Source: Octopus vulgaris (Eukaryota). Taken from it: 64,000 bases of DNA. The DNA lies in contig OX597817.1 of the NCBI GenBank assembly GCA_951406725.2, positions 174,282,001 through 174,346,000 of the forward strand, in the 5' to 3' direction. This document shows, one piece after another, positions 1-12,138 of this stretch; within the stretch, counting starts at the first letter, position 1, and the number at the start of each line of letters is the position of its first letter. The notes beneath the pieces were generated by a model. That model made no database searches. It was not told where the DNA came from and saw nothing but the letters and a program-made list of their open reading frames with translations. The translations under genes were made by a program, and so were the position numbers.

Positions 1-27
1 TATATATATATACACACACAGATATAC

Positions 28-188
28 GACAGGCTTCTTTCAGTTTCTGTCTACCAAATCCACTCACAAGGGTTTTGTTGGCCTGAGGCTATAGTAGAAG
101 ACACTTGCCCAAGGTGCTATGCAGTGGGACTGAACCCAGAACCATGTGGTTGGTAAGCAAGCTACTTACCACACAGCCACTCCTGCGT
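28..188 (-). mobile_element. tRNA-derived SINE family A, 5' head
   Basis: Minus strand reads GCAGGAGTGGCTGTGTGGTAAG (A box)...GGGTTCAGTCCC (B box)...CCTTGGGCAAGTGTCTTCTAC (CORE-like). More than 20 copies or fragments occur in the window. Confidence 0.85.
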
Positions 189-749
189 CATGGAGAATCT
201 TTATTTTTTTTTTTTTATGAAGGCAGCCCCTCTTGTGATGTGGCTTCGTAAAATGTCCACTCTCCATGCTGTTTTGTAGTAGGTAATAGGAAGAGTATTT
301 TGCTGTTGAAGCCAAACAAAGAAACCAAAACCCCATAAAATTTGTTGGTTTTTCTCTGCCCTTCCAGATGACAAAAGACCCTGACAAGCAGCAAGACAAA
401 CACTGAGACCAGTTTGACCCATGTCAGCATAGAATGACAGACGTAAAATGATGATGACGCAATCGTGTTATTATTGTCTATGGTTTTAGTTTGTTATTTT
501 TTTAAAGTCATATCAAGAGAAATCTATTCTCCATAAGGCAATTTATGCCAGCCAAATAAGACTGTCTTTCAACACGACCTTCACCACCACCACCACCACC
601 ACCGCCACCACCACCATACCACCACCACCACCACCACCACTTCTGTTACTATGGTCTGAGTATTCAGTCGGTCTTAAGTTGATATATGAAATAATAAATA
701 GGTGATGTGTCTGTGTGAAAACGATAATGTTCATTTTCTATTCTGTTAG

Positions 750-813
750 AAAGTTGTCATTCTGACCTTTCAATCAGTCCGATCGATAACTGATGTGAAT
801 GAATATAGAATCG
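750..813 (+). CDS. Candidate internal coding exon of an unidentified gene
   Basis: Acceptor ttcattttctattctgttAG and donor G|GTATGT. 64 nt, open: KVVILTFQSVRSITDVNEYRI plus 1 nt. Lies in non-repetitive DNA; phase matches 23271-23359. Confidence 0.4.
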
Positions 814-1395
814 GTATGTCTGTGACTTGGCTTCTTAGTGACTTCAAATATCAGTCTTATATACTTTACGAAGGTTTGGCAGCAGTTAAACAGTTTATAA
901 TAAAAGAGTATTGATTTATTTACTTCTTCTTTTATTTGTATTTTCAAAGTCTACGTCTGAAGCTCATTAGGTTACAAAACTAGTGATTCCGACTCAACGA
1001 TTTCGACTCCACTATGTGGACGATGTGGCTGGGGTTCATTTTTATCAACCTCTGGGGAGGTTCATAGGATAACTTAACCCCAACTGAGATTTCAACTTGG
1101 ACTGGGCTGTAATAAAATATCCTGTCTGGGTGGCCATTGTTGGCATCGGTTCCACACATTTCCTTAGAATTTTTGAAGCAATAGCCATGAGGTTATTCTC
1201 ACTTGCTTCAAAATGATATATTTTCTGTGAATGCTTATTGTCAAAATTTACTCTCCTGTCTGTGGCTCTTCCCCCCCCCTCCTATTGCTATTTGACCTCT
1301 TTTGATATTTCATAATAAGCACAGACAAGAATTGTTTTTGAGATTTAATATTTATATATAATTCACTATATGTATATATATATATATATATATAT

Positions 1396-1635
1396 CATCA
1401 TCATCATCATCATCATCGTTTAACGTCCGTTTTCCGCGCTAGCACGGGTTGGACGGTTTCGACTGGGGTCTGGAGAGCTCGGGACTGCCCTAGGCTCCAG
1501 TCTAGTCTGGCAGTGTTTCTACAGCTGGATGCCCTTCCTAACGCCAACCACTCCGCGAGTGTAGTGGGTGTTTTTTACGTGCCACCTGCACAGGTGCCAG
1601 AGGGGTCTGGCATCGGCCACGTTCGGATGGTGCTT
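1396..1635 (-). mobile_element. RTE-LINE 3' end (5'-truncated) with (GAT)n tail
   Basis: Matches the 3' UTR of the RTE copy at 26152-27365 (GGTTGGCGTTAGGAAGGGCATCCAGCTGTAGAAAC...GGACGTTAAACGATGATG). Similar ends lie near 4100, 6110, 9985, 12245, 18650, 21750, 25010, 30855, 33560, 36910, 47095 and 52010. Confidence 0.85.
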
Positions 1636-1647
1636 TTTTTTTTTATT

Positions 1648-2436
1648 GGGGGGGTGCAGAAATATAGGGGAGCACCAGTGGGAGGGGTGGTTCAGAGGAC
1701 AGGTAATAGGCAAGTAGAACGTAGGATATCGAGAGAGGGGTAATGCATGGTGAAATAGCGTATTGAAGAGGGGGGTTCAAAGAGTAGACACCTATAATGG
1801 TGGTGGGGGGGGTGCAGAAATATAGGGGAGCACCAGTGGGAGGGGTGGTTCAGAGGACAGGTTCTAGGCAAGTAGAACGTAGGATATCGAGAGAGGGGTA
1901 ATGCATGGTGAAATGGTGAAATAGCGTATTGAAGAGGGGGGTTCAAAGAGTAGACACCTATAATGGTGGTGGTGGGGGTGCAGAAATATAGGGGAGCACC
2001 AGCGGGAGGGGTGGTTCAGAGGACAGGTTCTAGGCAAGTAGAACGTAGGATATCGAGAGAGGGGTAATGCATGGTGAAATAGCGTATTGAAGAGGGGGTT
2101 CAAAGAGTAGACACCTATAATGGTGGTGGGGGGTGCAGAAATATGGGGGAGCACCAGTGGGAGGGGTGGTTCAGAGGACAGGTTCTAGGCAAGTAGAACG
2201 TAGGATATCGAGAGAGGGGTAATGCATGGTGAAATAGCGTATTGAAGAGGGGGTTCAAAGAGTAGACACCTATAATGGTGGGGGGGGTGCAGAAATATGG
2301 GGGAGCACCAGTGGGAGGGGTGGTTCAGAGGACAGGTTCTAGGCTAGTAGAACGTAGGATATCGAGAGAGGGGTAATGCATGGTGAAATAGCGTATTGAA
2401 GAGAGGGGTTCAAAGAGTAGACACCTATAATGGTGG
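1648..2436. repeat. Tandem array, 5 units of ~155 bp
   Basis: The unit GGTGCAGAAATAT..GGGGAGCACCAG..AGAGTAGACACCTATAATGGTGG recurs at ~1653, 1811, 1977, 2132 and 2286, nearly identical. Confidence 0.95.
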
Positions 2437-2513
2437 GAGAAACGACATCCGGTATAGTTGGAGCAAAATAGAGATATCCGGTATTGGTGGTGGGGGTGGG
2501 TAGGGCGGGCGCG

Positions 2514-3144
2514 CCGCGAAGAACCGGCAGCCAATTTCTAATCAGCCCTGTAAGGGAGATAGAACCTAAATATCTATAACGATAACTAGTGAATTATACA
2601 GAATATGCAAAAACGAGGCGAGGCTGAAATAGTAAACAGAGTGGCGACTAGGGGGATCAGAATAATAATAATTAATAAATAATAATAATAAATAGAGATA
2701 CGGATGAATTAAAGTTCAAAGATTTCTTATCTTGGGATCACTTCGTTTACGGACAGACTTGGCAAAAGGAGTTCGGAATCAAGAGTGAGGCAGGTTACTA
2801 GCTTAAGTATGCATGGCCATGTCGAGGAGTAGGAAGAGGAGTCCAGACAGACAATGTAAAAAGAGGGGGAGAGAAACCCCGCGAAGAACCGGCAGCCAAT
2901 TTCTAATCAGCCCTGTAAGGGAGATAGAACCTAAATATCTATAACGATAACTAGTGAATTATACAGAATATGCAAAAACGAGGCGAGGCTGAAATAGTAA
3001 ACAGAGTGGCGACTAGGGGGATCAGAATAATAATAATTAATAAATAATAATAATAAATAGAGATACGGATGAATTAAAGTTCAAAGATTTCTTATCTTGG
3101 GATCACTTCGTTTACGGACAGACTTGGCAAAAGGAGTTCGGAAT
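2514..3144. repeat. 266-bp direct repeat pair (2514-2779, 2879-3144)
   Basis: CCGCGAAGAACCGGCAGCC...AAGGAGTTCGGAAT occurs twice with period 365; no differences seen by eye. Confidence 0.95.
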
Positions 3145-3285
3145 ATATATATATATATATATGTATGTATATATTTATGTGTGTATATATTTATGTGTGT
3201 ATATATATATATATATATGTGTGTGTGTATATATATATATATGTGTGTATATATATATATATTTATATGTGTATGTATATATATA

Positions 3286-3334
<49 letters not shown>

Positions 3335-3370
3335 ATATATATATGTGTGTGTATATATATATATGTGTGT

Positions 3371-3416
<46 letters not shown>

Positions 3417-3419
3417 GTA

Positions 3420-3795
3420 TTCTTTTACTCTTTTACTTGTTTCAGTCATTTAACTGCAGCCATGCTGGAGCACCACCTTTAGTCAAGCAAATCGACTCCA
3501 GGACTTATTCTTTGTAAGCCCAGTACTTATTCTATCGGTCTCTTTTGCCGAACCGCTAAGTTACGGGGATGTAAACACATCAGCATCAGTTGTCAAGTGA
3601 TGTTGGGGGACAAACACAGGCACACAAACGCACACACACACGAGCTTCTTTCAGTTTCTGTCTACCAAATCCACTCACAAGACTTTGGTCAGCCCGAGGC
3701 TGTAGTAGAAGACACTTGCCCAAGGTGCCATGCAGTGGGACTGAACCCGGAACCATGTGGTTAGTAATCAAGCTACTTACCACACAGCCACTCCT
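3420..3795 (-). mobile_element. SINE family A, full length
   Basis: Head, internal (CA)n, and tail ...GGTGCTCCAGCATGG..CAGT..AATGACTGAAACAAGTAAAAGAG. Confidence 0.85.
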
Positions 3796-3805
3796 AAGCC
3801 TAGTG

Positions 3806-3842
<37 letters not shown>

Positions 3843-4760
3843 CATATTTCTATGTGAAGTTATAGAATAATTGAATGTGAAATTGAAGGCTCACTCAACA
3901 TGTTTTACTAGAGTACATGTTGATGAATTTTTCTAATAAAATGGATGTTGGTAGTGACTTTGAAATTTTCTGTTTACGACTCGTTACCAGATTGATGATG
4001 ATTTGTGGACTGAAACTTCAAAGTCATTTGCTCTTTCTCTTTCCCTCTCTGTTTGACTGTCTGCCTGCCAATTTGTCTATTTATCTGTCAATCTCTAAAA
4101 GCACCGACTACACTCTTGGATTGGTTGGCGTTAGGAAGCGCGTCCAGCTGTAGAAACTCTGCCAGATCGGATTGGAGCCTGGTACAGCCATCTGGTTCAG
4201 CAGTCCTCAGTCAAAGTGGACGTTAAATGATGATGAATGAATGAATATATATATATATGTGTGTGTGTGTGTGTATTTATTTACTTATTTAAGTTACTGG
4301 ACTGTGGCTGTAGTGAGACACTACCATAAAGGGTTCAGCTAGTGAAGTTGACCCAATACATATTTTATGTTGGTAACTTATTCTGCTAGGTTATGGGAAT
4401 GTAAACAAACCAACACCAGTTCTCAAGTGGTAGGAAGCACACACGCGCACACATTACACAGACACATACATACCTGCATACATACCTATATAGTGGCTGC
4501 TTTCTTGTATATGAGCAAAGCCATTGCTAGAAAGAATCATTGAAATGAGTCATTGATAATGCAATGTGAGGCCCTCATATGACTCTTGAGCCCTGCCAAA
4601 GATTTGCTCATTTTATTACATAATGCACTGTTGTGCTGGCTGGCAGAAGGAACCGGTGCCATAACATGAAGTCTTTTGACATGTCATTCTAATTCTCCAA
4701 CTGAATGGCACATTTTGTCACATACATACATACATACACACATACATACACATACACATA

Positions 4761-5234
4761 CCCCCCCCCACTGAACTATTGAGAAATCTGCAGTTACTCT
4801 ATCTAGATTACAAGTTCAGGTTTATACCTGTAATTATTGGGGCCCTGGGATATGTAGCACACTGCCTAAATACCAATCTTGAGAAATTAGGCTTCTCAAA
4901 ACTAGAAAGGAGAAAGCTAATTCAAAGACTACAGATCCAATCCATCACTGGAACTGTAAAAACCTGTAAAACTTTCCAGAAGTTTATCATTTAAATATAT
5001 ATGAGCATGTCTAGATATGTGGCTATATGCATGAGAATGCATAGATAAAACATACAAATCTGCATGCAGATGCATGCATTCATGCATGTATGAATAATAC
5101 AAACATACAAATAAATAAACAAACAAACAAAAATGCCGTTGCTGATGTTGGAATTCCAATGAAGAAACCTTTGATCTCGGTTAGAAACCGGTTCTTTCTC
5201 TGTGAGCAAGAAATCTTGAAATAAACTGAATAAT
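4761..5234 (+). mobile_element. 3' fragment of a restriction-like-endonuclease LINE (R4/Dong/HERO-like)
   Basis: ORF 4779-4994 has FIPVIIGALG..LQIQSITGTVK, typical of an RLE C-terminus. It is followed by a 3' UTR and flanked by (CATA)n on both sides. Confidence 0.65.
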
Positions 5235-6096
5235 AACATACATACATATAGGCAGACAGACAGACACACATATATGTGCATATGGATTCAGAATGGGTAA
5301 CAGGCTTCTACACAGTTGTCATCTACCAGATTCCCTCACAAGGTACTGGTTGGCTCAGGGCTAAAGTAGAAGGCACTTGCCCAAGGTGCTGTGCAACTGG
5401 ATTGAACCTAAAACTATGTAGTTCCCAAGCAAACTTCTTGAACACTCAGCCATGCCTGCATACATATGTCTGTCTGTCTGTCTCTCTCCCCCCTCCCCCT
5501 CTCTCTCTCTATATATATAAAGTATATTGAATGTTGTGTAATATTGACCACAGTTTTGAAATAATCTGATTCGGTTCATTTGTTCATATTTCCGCATGGG
5601 TTATGAGTTCAAATTAATTCTATATCAGTTGCGCTTCCTCCATTTCTCTGTAGAGCACGAAGTTTTTCATGCCCCACTTTACCTCACAGTTGGAGAACTG
5701 TCACAAAATCAACTTTATCTTCTGCAGCAGACTGCTATGCAATCCATACTGAGATTTCTCTCCCATCCATTTATTTTGACAAAATCTATAGTTAAGTGCT
5801 TGCATTATCATCTGTTGTGATTTGTGAAGTCATCAGCCATCATTTTCTATCAATCACAAATAACTTTAGCTATCACATCCAATTTCAGCATTAACATCAC
5901 TATGTCTTGTTTGATCTTCTTGACAAGTTCTAGGTAGCACTGCTTAACCCTTTCATTACCATATTCCATTGAAATACGCTGTCTTTGTTTCAATTGATTT
6001 TGAAAATAATGAAGAATTTTTGTGAAATACTTTGGAATTTTGGAACATAAATTAGCATGAAATTTTGATAGAAGGTTTTAATTTAGATCACTTTAA

Positions 6097-7495
6097 CCAT
6101 TTAGCAGTGCCGGTGCCATGTAAAAAGCACCAATACGGGTGCTGCATTTAAGCCCCCAGTACACTTTGTAAAGGGGTTGGTGTTAGAAACAGCCGTTCAG
6201 CTGGTCAGCTTCTGTCAAATCATCCAGCCTATACCAGCATGGAAGATGGATGTTAAATGATGATGATTGATGATTATTCTGTCAAATGTATTGCTTATTT
6301 ATTCACTTTGTTTTGAATTAGTCATATATTATCTCACAGCTTTTGAGATTTCAATGATGTGATTGTTTACTTTTAGAATGACATTGTAGGGTTGATATGA
6401 GAGCCCAGTTCTGACCAATTTGAGCATAATGTAGGTAGAATATTTTGGCTGAATATGGTCAGTTTAACCCTTTCGTTACTATATTTCTGACCAAAATACA
6501 CCCCTCATGAGTTTCAATTAAATTCTAAAATAATCATGAATCTAGGCTTGTTTCATTAAATAACTATAACTTTTTTACTTATCAACATATTAATGTGATA
6601 TTTGGAACATAATTAAAGAAAGGGTTCTTAATCAATTCTATTGCATAACTTTTGTCTCAAAGGGACTTTAATTACAGGTCAATCCAGGTAAATTGAGCAA
6701 AAGGTAAAAATATTAAAATTTTGTTTAAACATCACCATAGAAATGAATCATCAGCTAATATTCAAATGGGTATGCAACAAAATTTTGATAAAGAAGAATT
6801 GTGCACATCACTATATGATCAGTTGAATTTAATGCACAACAGGTGTACCATAAAGGTGGAATAAAGTGAAATACTGGAATCTACCGCAAGTTTGACCGAA
6901 CTAGAGAAATCGGTCAAAAAATAATATACAGCCCTGGTTATGGTATGGAAGTGATAAATTCCAGACCACATCGTTCCCTAGGTCATGCTGACTAACATTA
7001 TTTTCCCTGTATAAAAACTAAATCCATGCAGTACCCAGTATTTGCTTCACAAATTTTCCGAAATTTGAGCCCCCATTTTGTATTTGTTTACATTCTGCGT
7101 AAGTTTGTTTCCGCATTGATCACTTCAAACAATAACTTCCAGACCACATCATACCCTAAGCCATGCTGACTAACATTAGTTTCCCTGTATAAAAACTAAA
7201 TCCACAACAGTACCCAGTATTTGCTTCACAAATTTTCCAATTCGGAATCAATGCTTGATAACATGAAACTCCTATCCATTTTCAAAGTTGAAGAAAAAGC
7301 GATGCCGAAAAAAATGTGGAAAAAATTACATGTCGATCGTTGTACAAAACTGTAGATGAACTGTTTACGAAGTATAATCACGTGTTTTCACGAATGTACT
7401 AAAGAGATTTGCTCTGATATTCTCATTTAAATATGAATAGGTAAATACGGGCGGCTTTGGGTGGTTTGGTAACGAAAGGGTTAAAAGCTAAAGGG
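6097..7495. mobile_element. TTAA MITE family B, nested in family A
   Basis: TTAA|CCATTTAGCA ... GCTAAAGGG. Internal sequence is homologous to the copy at 7863-8911. Confidence 0.65.
6468..7480. mobile_element. piggyBac-like non-autonomous element C
   Basis: TTAA TSD on both sides and perfect TIR CCCTTTCGTTAC/GTAACGAAAGGG. Contains an internal ~100-bp direct repeat (6959-7059, 7137-7238). Confidence 0.85.
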
Positions 7496-7862
7496 TTACA
7501 AAACAGGAAGTTTGTATCACACAACAGGGGCAGTCTCAGGTGAGTTGGTATGAAAAGGGTTAAGCTTTTGATACCAGACTACCCCTGGTTCTATGTTACC
7601 AACCTGTTTATATTAAGGTGTTAACATTTAAATCTAAGCCCCCTTATCATAATTTTATGTAAGAACCTTTTGATATGCCTTAGGTATCAGATTAATAATG
7701 GAGAAGTTAGTTATTTTACTAAGCTGTTCAAAATACTAAATAAGGCCACAAACATTCCTTGACAATTCTATATAGACTCCACTTAGTTCTTAAATGAAGG
7801 TTTATTGATTTTCTTTAAATGTTATACGTAATTTAGGCTAATGAAGTGTACAGGGACTTTAA

Positions 7863-8911
7863 CCCTTTGATATTTGGATTATTCTCTCAAATGTAATACT
7901 TGTTAATTCATACTGTGCTATATTTTAGAGATAAGGAATTCTGTACATTATTTACATTATTTACATTGGATGGATACCCATAAACTGACCACAGTCTGTC
8001 TACCTGATGTGAAAGGCCTCTCGGAGGAGATACAAAAGATATACAGTTCATATGACATCAGGACAGTATTCAAGAGTAATGCAACACTTTGCAAATATCT
8101 CCTTTGAGTAAAACCACCAATAGAAGAGACTATGACCAAGGACTGCGTGTACTCTATCCCATGCAGTTGTGGTAGGTTATACAAAGGTGAAACATGCCAC
8201 CCCCTCAAAGTAAGGGTAGAGGAACACCGTAAAGCTGTGACATGAGGAGATATTGATAAATTGGGTATAATTGATCATGTATGGAAAAACGGAGACTACC
8301 TTCCCCTGTGGGATGAAGTTAAAATAATAATCCAAGAATACCACTGCAAAATATGAAAACGAAAAATGGCAGCACATATGCTAGGACACAATAACCTAAG
8401 CAGACCGAGTGCAGTTATGAGTAGAATGTGGGAACCGGTATTAATGAAGGATACAAAAATATTTGGTTTATAAGCCCTAAAATTTACTCTATAATTGCCC
8501 AAGAGCTTATAGCATAATGGTTAAGAGTGCAGGCCACTAACCCCAAGATTCCGAGTTCAATTATTATTATTATAACATCAGCAAAAATACCTTAGGAATG
8601 GGAACCCAGGGCTGGGTTCAAAATTCCACCAGGACACCTGATGAAGGCTGGAGAGTAAATCAGTCAAAATGTTGTGCTAATAACAAACAAGACTGGGACA
8701 CATATCCATCTAATGTAAATAATGTAAATAACAATTCATATTATTTTGAATTAATCAAGCATTATCTTGTTGCTTTGAGATTTTGATGATGCGATCATTT
8801 ATTTTCAGAGCGACATTGTAGGGTAGATGGGAGAAGCCAGATCTAGCCAGTTTGAACATAAAACATGTAAAATAATTTGGCCCAGATATGGCTGGTTTAA
8901 ACACTAAAGGG
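7863..8911. mobile_element. TTAA MITE family B carrying a Penelope-like insertion
   Basis: TTAA|CCCTTTG ... CTAAAGGG|TTAA; the two halves resemble 6275-6465. Confidence 0.7.
7913..8732 (+). mobile_element. 5'-truncated Penelope-like element: GIY-YIG endonuclease relic plus pLTR
   Basis: Frame from 7982 reads LPDVKGLSEEIQKI..CVYSIPCSCGRLYKGETCHPLKVRVEEH..DHVW..WDEVKII, with in-frame stops. Short inverted 5' copy of the 3' end, AATTCATA TSD (7905, 8733), and a degenerate hammerhead at 8638-8674. Confidence 0.85.
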
Positions 8912-10279
8912 TTAATGACATGAGCAATCTTATCCAAGTAACTCTAAAACCTGAAAAACCCATCTAGTATAAAGAATGTTTTATCAGTATTCAGTACTAG
9001 TTTGACAACTAATATTTTCAGCAATGTCTTCTGAGAATAATTGAGAAAATGACACTTTTGTGACCTGCATTGTTGGGAAAGAACAACATTATGTTCATTT
9101 GTAGAATGCTCTGAATAAGTAAACATTCAACAGAAACAAGCCCATTGATAAACTAAAATTATTAAATGTGGCCTATAATTGTAGAATAACAAAACAGAGC
9201 AGTTTTCCTATTCAGGTGAGACAAAAAAGAATATCTATTCTGGGTCATTATTATGGTTATTATTGAAGCCTGGCATAATTGATTGTGCACATAATCACCT
9301 GTTGGTGGATGTTGGTTTTCGATGATATATTTAACAAGCTTGTTACACACCACCCATCACTCAAAGTATGAATCAGAACCTGTACTTGGTTCTAGTGGTA
9401 GGACTGGCTAAATTAATTGAGACGCTGATATGGAGAGAAAAAAAAAAATTAACCCTTTTGTTCTCATATTTGTTGTGAAATGCATTGTGTTTCAATTCAC
9501 CATCATTGAATGTTTGTTTTCCATACTGGCATGAATTGGATGGTCTGATAGAAGCAGGCATGCCAGAGGATTGTGCCAAGTTCTAGTGTCTGCTTTGGTA
9601 TGGTTTCTTTGGTGGGGTGCTATTCCTGACACCTATCACTTTTGAAAATAAAGAAGAATTTCAAAGAACTTAGTAAAACAACTTTTTCATTATTAAACAA
9701 ATGCTTGGAATAGAACTGGGTAAAAATGGTTTAAATATGAACACTTTAAACCATGAAGTTTTGTATCACAGAACCAGAGGTGGTCTTGGGTAGGTTGGTA
9801 TTGAAAGGGTAAATGTAAATTGTGTATTTTGGTTATAAACATCAAATGGCACTACTAACCAAAGACTGACACTATTAACTTGGCCATGTGTAAGATGACA
9901 CTTTTGGTACACGAAAACCCCACAAAATATTTCAGCTCCAAAATGGTGTGCAAATTCACATGACATTAGAATATAGATCATAACTGATCGTGGCCGTTGC
10001 CAGCCTCCCCTGGCACCTGTGCCAGTGGCACGTAAAAAGCACCCACTACACTCTTGGAGTGGTTGGCGTTAGGAAGGGCATCCAGCTGTAGAAACACCGC
10101 CAGGTCAGACTGGAGCCTGGTGAACCTCCTGGCTTCCCAGGCCCTGGTCGAACCATCCAACCCATGCTAGCATGGAGAACGGATGTTAAACGATAATGAT
10201 GATGATGATGCTTCTGGAACATTGCAATCATCAAACATCAATACAATATTTGGCCAAGGAGGGGAATATCTTGTGCATC

Positions 10280-10688
10280 CAAGCTGCTAAAATAACAACC
10301 AAGTCTTTTAGAATTACATCTTCCTGTCTTGAAAAGAGCAAGCTCACATGAGATAATACAGTCCTAGATATATGATGCTTGAAAGAAGGCTGGGATGGTC
10401 ATGGATGGAATGTCTTTCATCATAAGTATGCTCAGTCTGGGTCGACTCAAGGCTAAGCAACAACAGTGATGAGCTAACATGAAAGCTTTTATGTGGCTGC
10501 TCTCCCTGCTAGAAACATTTGTTGAATCTTCATTAAGCTAGACCTTACTGTCTTGTAAAACAGAAAGGACACATTGAATAGTGTAGTCTTAGACATCTCT
10601 GAAAAAGACAGGATGGTCATAGCTGGAGTGCTTTCAATCATAGTACTGCTTATTCAGAGTTGATCTGGGCTGTATAGCAACAGCAATG
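10280..10688 (+). repeat. Two adjacent diverged copies of an (AAC)n-tailed interspersed repeat
   Basis: Both share GGATGGTCAT.GNTGGA.TG.CTTT..TCATA..GGCT.A.CAACA. Other copies at ~19770-19930, 22080-22270, 44090-44260 and 49990-50170. Confidence 0.6.
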
Positions 10689-10801
10689 TTGACTGTCTCA
10701 AAGAACAGCCATGAAATTGTTGAGCAAAAAGGCTTTCATCAATGCTACGATTGTTTGCCCATCATTAAGATGTCTTCTCTCCAACTCTTTTGTTAACAGT
10801 A

Positions 10802-11158
10802 GCAGTGGTAATAAGTTTGCTTCCAAGTGATATGATTCCAGGTTCAGTCCCACTGTGTGGCACTTTGGGCGGGTGTCTTCTACTATAGTCCTGGGTTGAC
10901 TAAAGACTTATGAGTGAATTTGGTAGATAGAAACTGAAAGAAGCTTGTAGTGTGTGTGTGCATGTGCGTGTGTCTTTGTGTCTGTGTTTGTTCCCTCCAA
11001 CTGGTATTGGTTTGTTTACATCCACCTAACTTAGCAATAAAATAAGTACCAGATTTAAAAAAAATGTAAGTCCTGGAGTCAATTTGTTTGACTAAAATTC
11101 TTCAAGGTAGTGCCCCAGCATGGCCTCAGTCTAATGACTAAAGCAAGCAAAAGATAAA
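10802..11158 (+). mobile_element. SINE family A (diverged)
   Basis: B box GGTTCAGTCCC, CORE-like block and family A tail are present. Confidence 0.75.
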
Positions 11159-11949
11159 ATAAATTTTCCTATACATCACTGAATCTGATAATCACCTAAA
11201 TCCAAGCATATTCAATACACTCTTATTGTTTCTTTACATGTCTCTTCCATGGTGTCTCCTCTGCCAGTCTTGTATTGACCCCTTTTGTTAACACGTATGT
11301 TTCTATTGAAATACATTATCTTTGTTTTAATTAATTTTAGAAAATAATGAAGAATTTACTAAAACAATTTTGTCATTAAACTGATATTTGGAAATATAAA
11401 TTAATAGAAAACTTTTGATGGAAGGTTTTAATTTCGACCACTTTCTAACAAGAACTTTGTGTCATAGACATAGAGGTAGTTGCAGGCCAGGCAGGTTGGT
11501 ATCAAAAGGGTTAAATCTTTTATAACCCCGTAACACTTCTTCCCCAGTACTGCTTCTCTCATTAACCCTCACCTCATCTTTTCTCCCTGCCAACTAGCCT
11601 TCGGCTGTTCAATATAGACATCAATATAAACATTAATCATACTAACCTTGATCAGATAATCATGTTCCTTCCGTAAAGAAGCATCAGAAAAAAATCTATG
11701 CTCACTGAACCACTTCTGTGGATTTCATAATTAAAAGAATAAATAGGTTGAAGAAAGGTTTTCTAATACAAGGATGACATTTCAAGATGCTGTACTATGC
11801 ATGTATACCATATTCAATTAATTTTAATTAAAATTTCTTGGTTTTTGACTAGAATTTATAATTCGAATAACGATTGTTTTTCACATTGGGGAGGTAATAT
11901 TCATTTAAATTTCTTAAGCTTAATGCATGAAGTATGTTATCACCCATGT

Positions 11950-12138
11950 TACATACATGCATACGTATGCTTACATACACACACACATACATACATACAT
12001 ACATACATACATACATACATACATACATACGTACGTACGTACGTACATACGTACGTACGTACATACATACATACATACATACATACATACATACATACAT
12101 ACATACATACATACATACATACATACGTACATACATAC
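11950..12138. repeat. (CATA)n/(CGTA)n microsatellite
   Basis: Direct inspection. Confidence 0.95.

Larger units (their letters stand above)
1633..3144 (-). mobile_element. Polyadenylated non-coding insertion, probable retroelement 3' region
   Basis: Minus strand ends CCCCCC-AATAAA-A(n). It contains a ~155-bp tandem array and a 266-bp direct repeat, and has no credible ORF. Confidence 0.5.
5948..7559. mobile_element. TTAA (piggyBac-type) MITE family A, interrupted by nested MITEs
   Basis: TTAA|CCCTTTCATTACC ... GGTATGAAAAGGG|TTAA. Other copies at ~11280-11510, ~20215-20432 and ~31885-32106. Confidence 0.75.

Noticed and set aside
2514-3144. LTR pair of a TRIM or LTR element, or a ribozyme-bearing pLTR
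   Set aside because: No TG..CA ends, primer-binding site, TSD or CUGANGA/GAAA motif was found on either strand.
3081-3517. Long ORFs rich in YI/VC/HT dipeptides (also near 11.8k, 38.3k, 39.5k, 42k, 44.5k, 47.3k and 58.8k)
   Set aside because: They are translations of stop-free microsatellites, not genes.
5140-5200. Possible hammerhead (CCAATGA..AGAAACCGGTT)
   Set aside because: The core deviates at several positions and stem I is not evident. It is more simply the 3' UTR of the RLE LINE.
5600-5935. Possible Tigger-like N-terminal relic on the minus strand
   Set aside because: Only faint similarity (MLMLKLDVI, ISVWI); too degraded to call.
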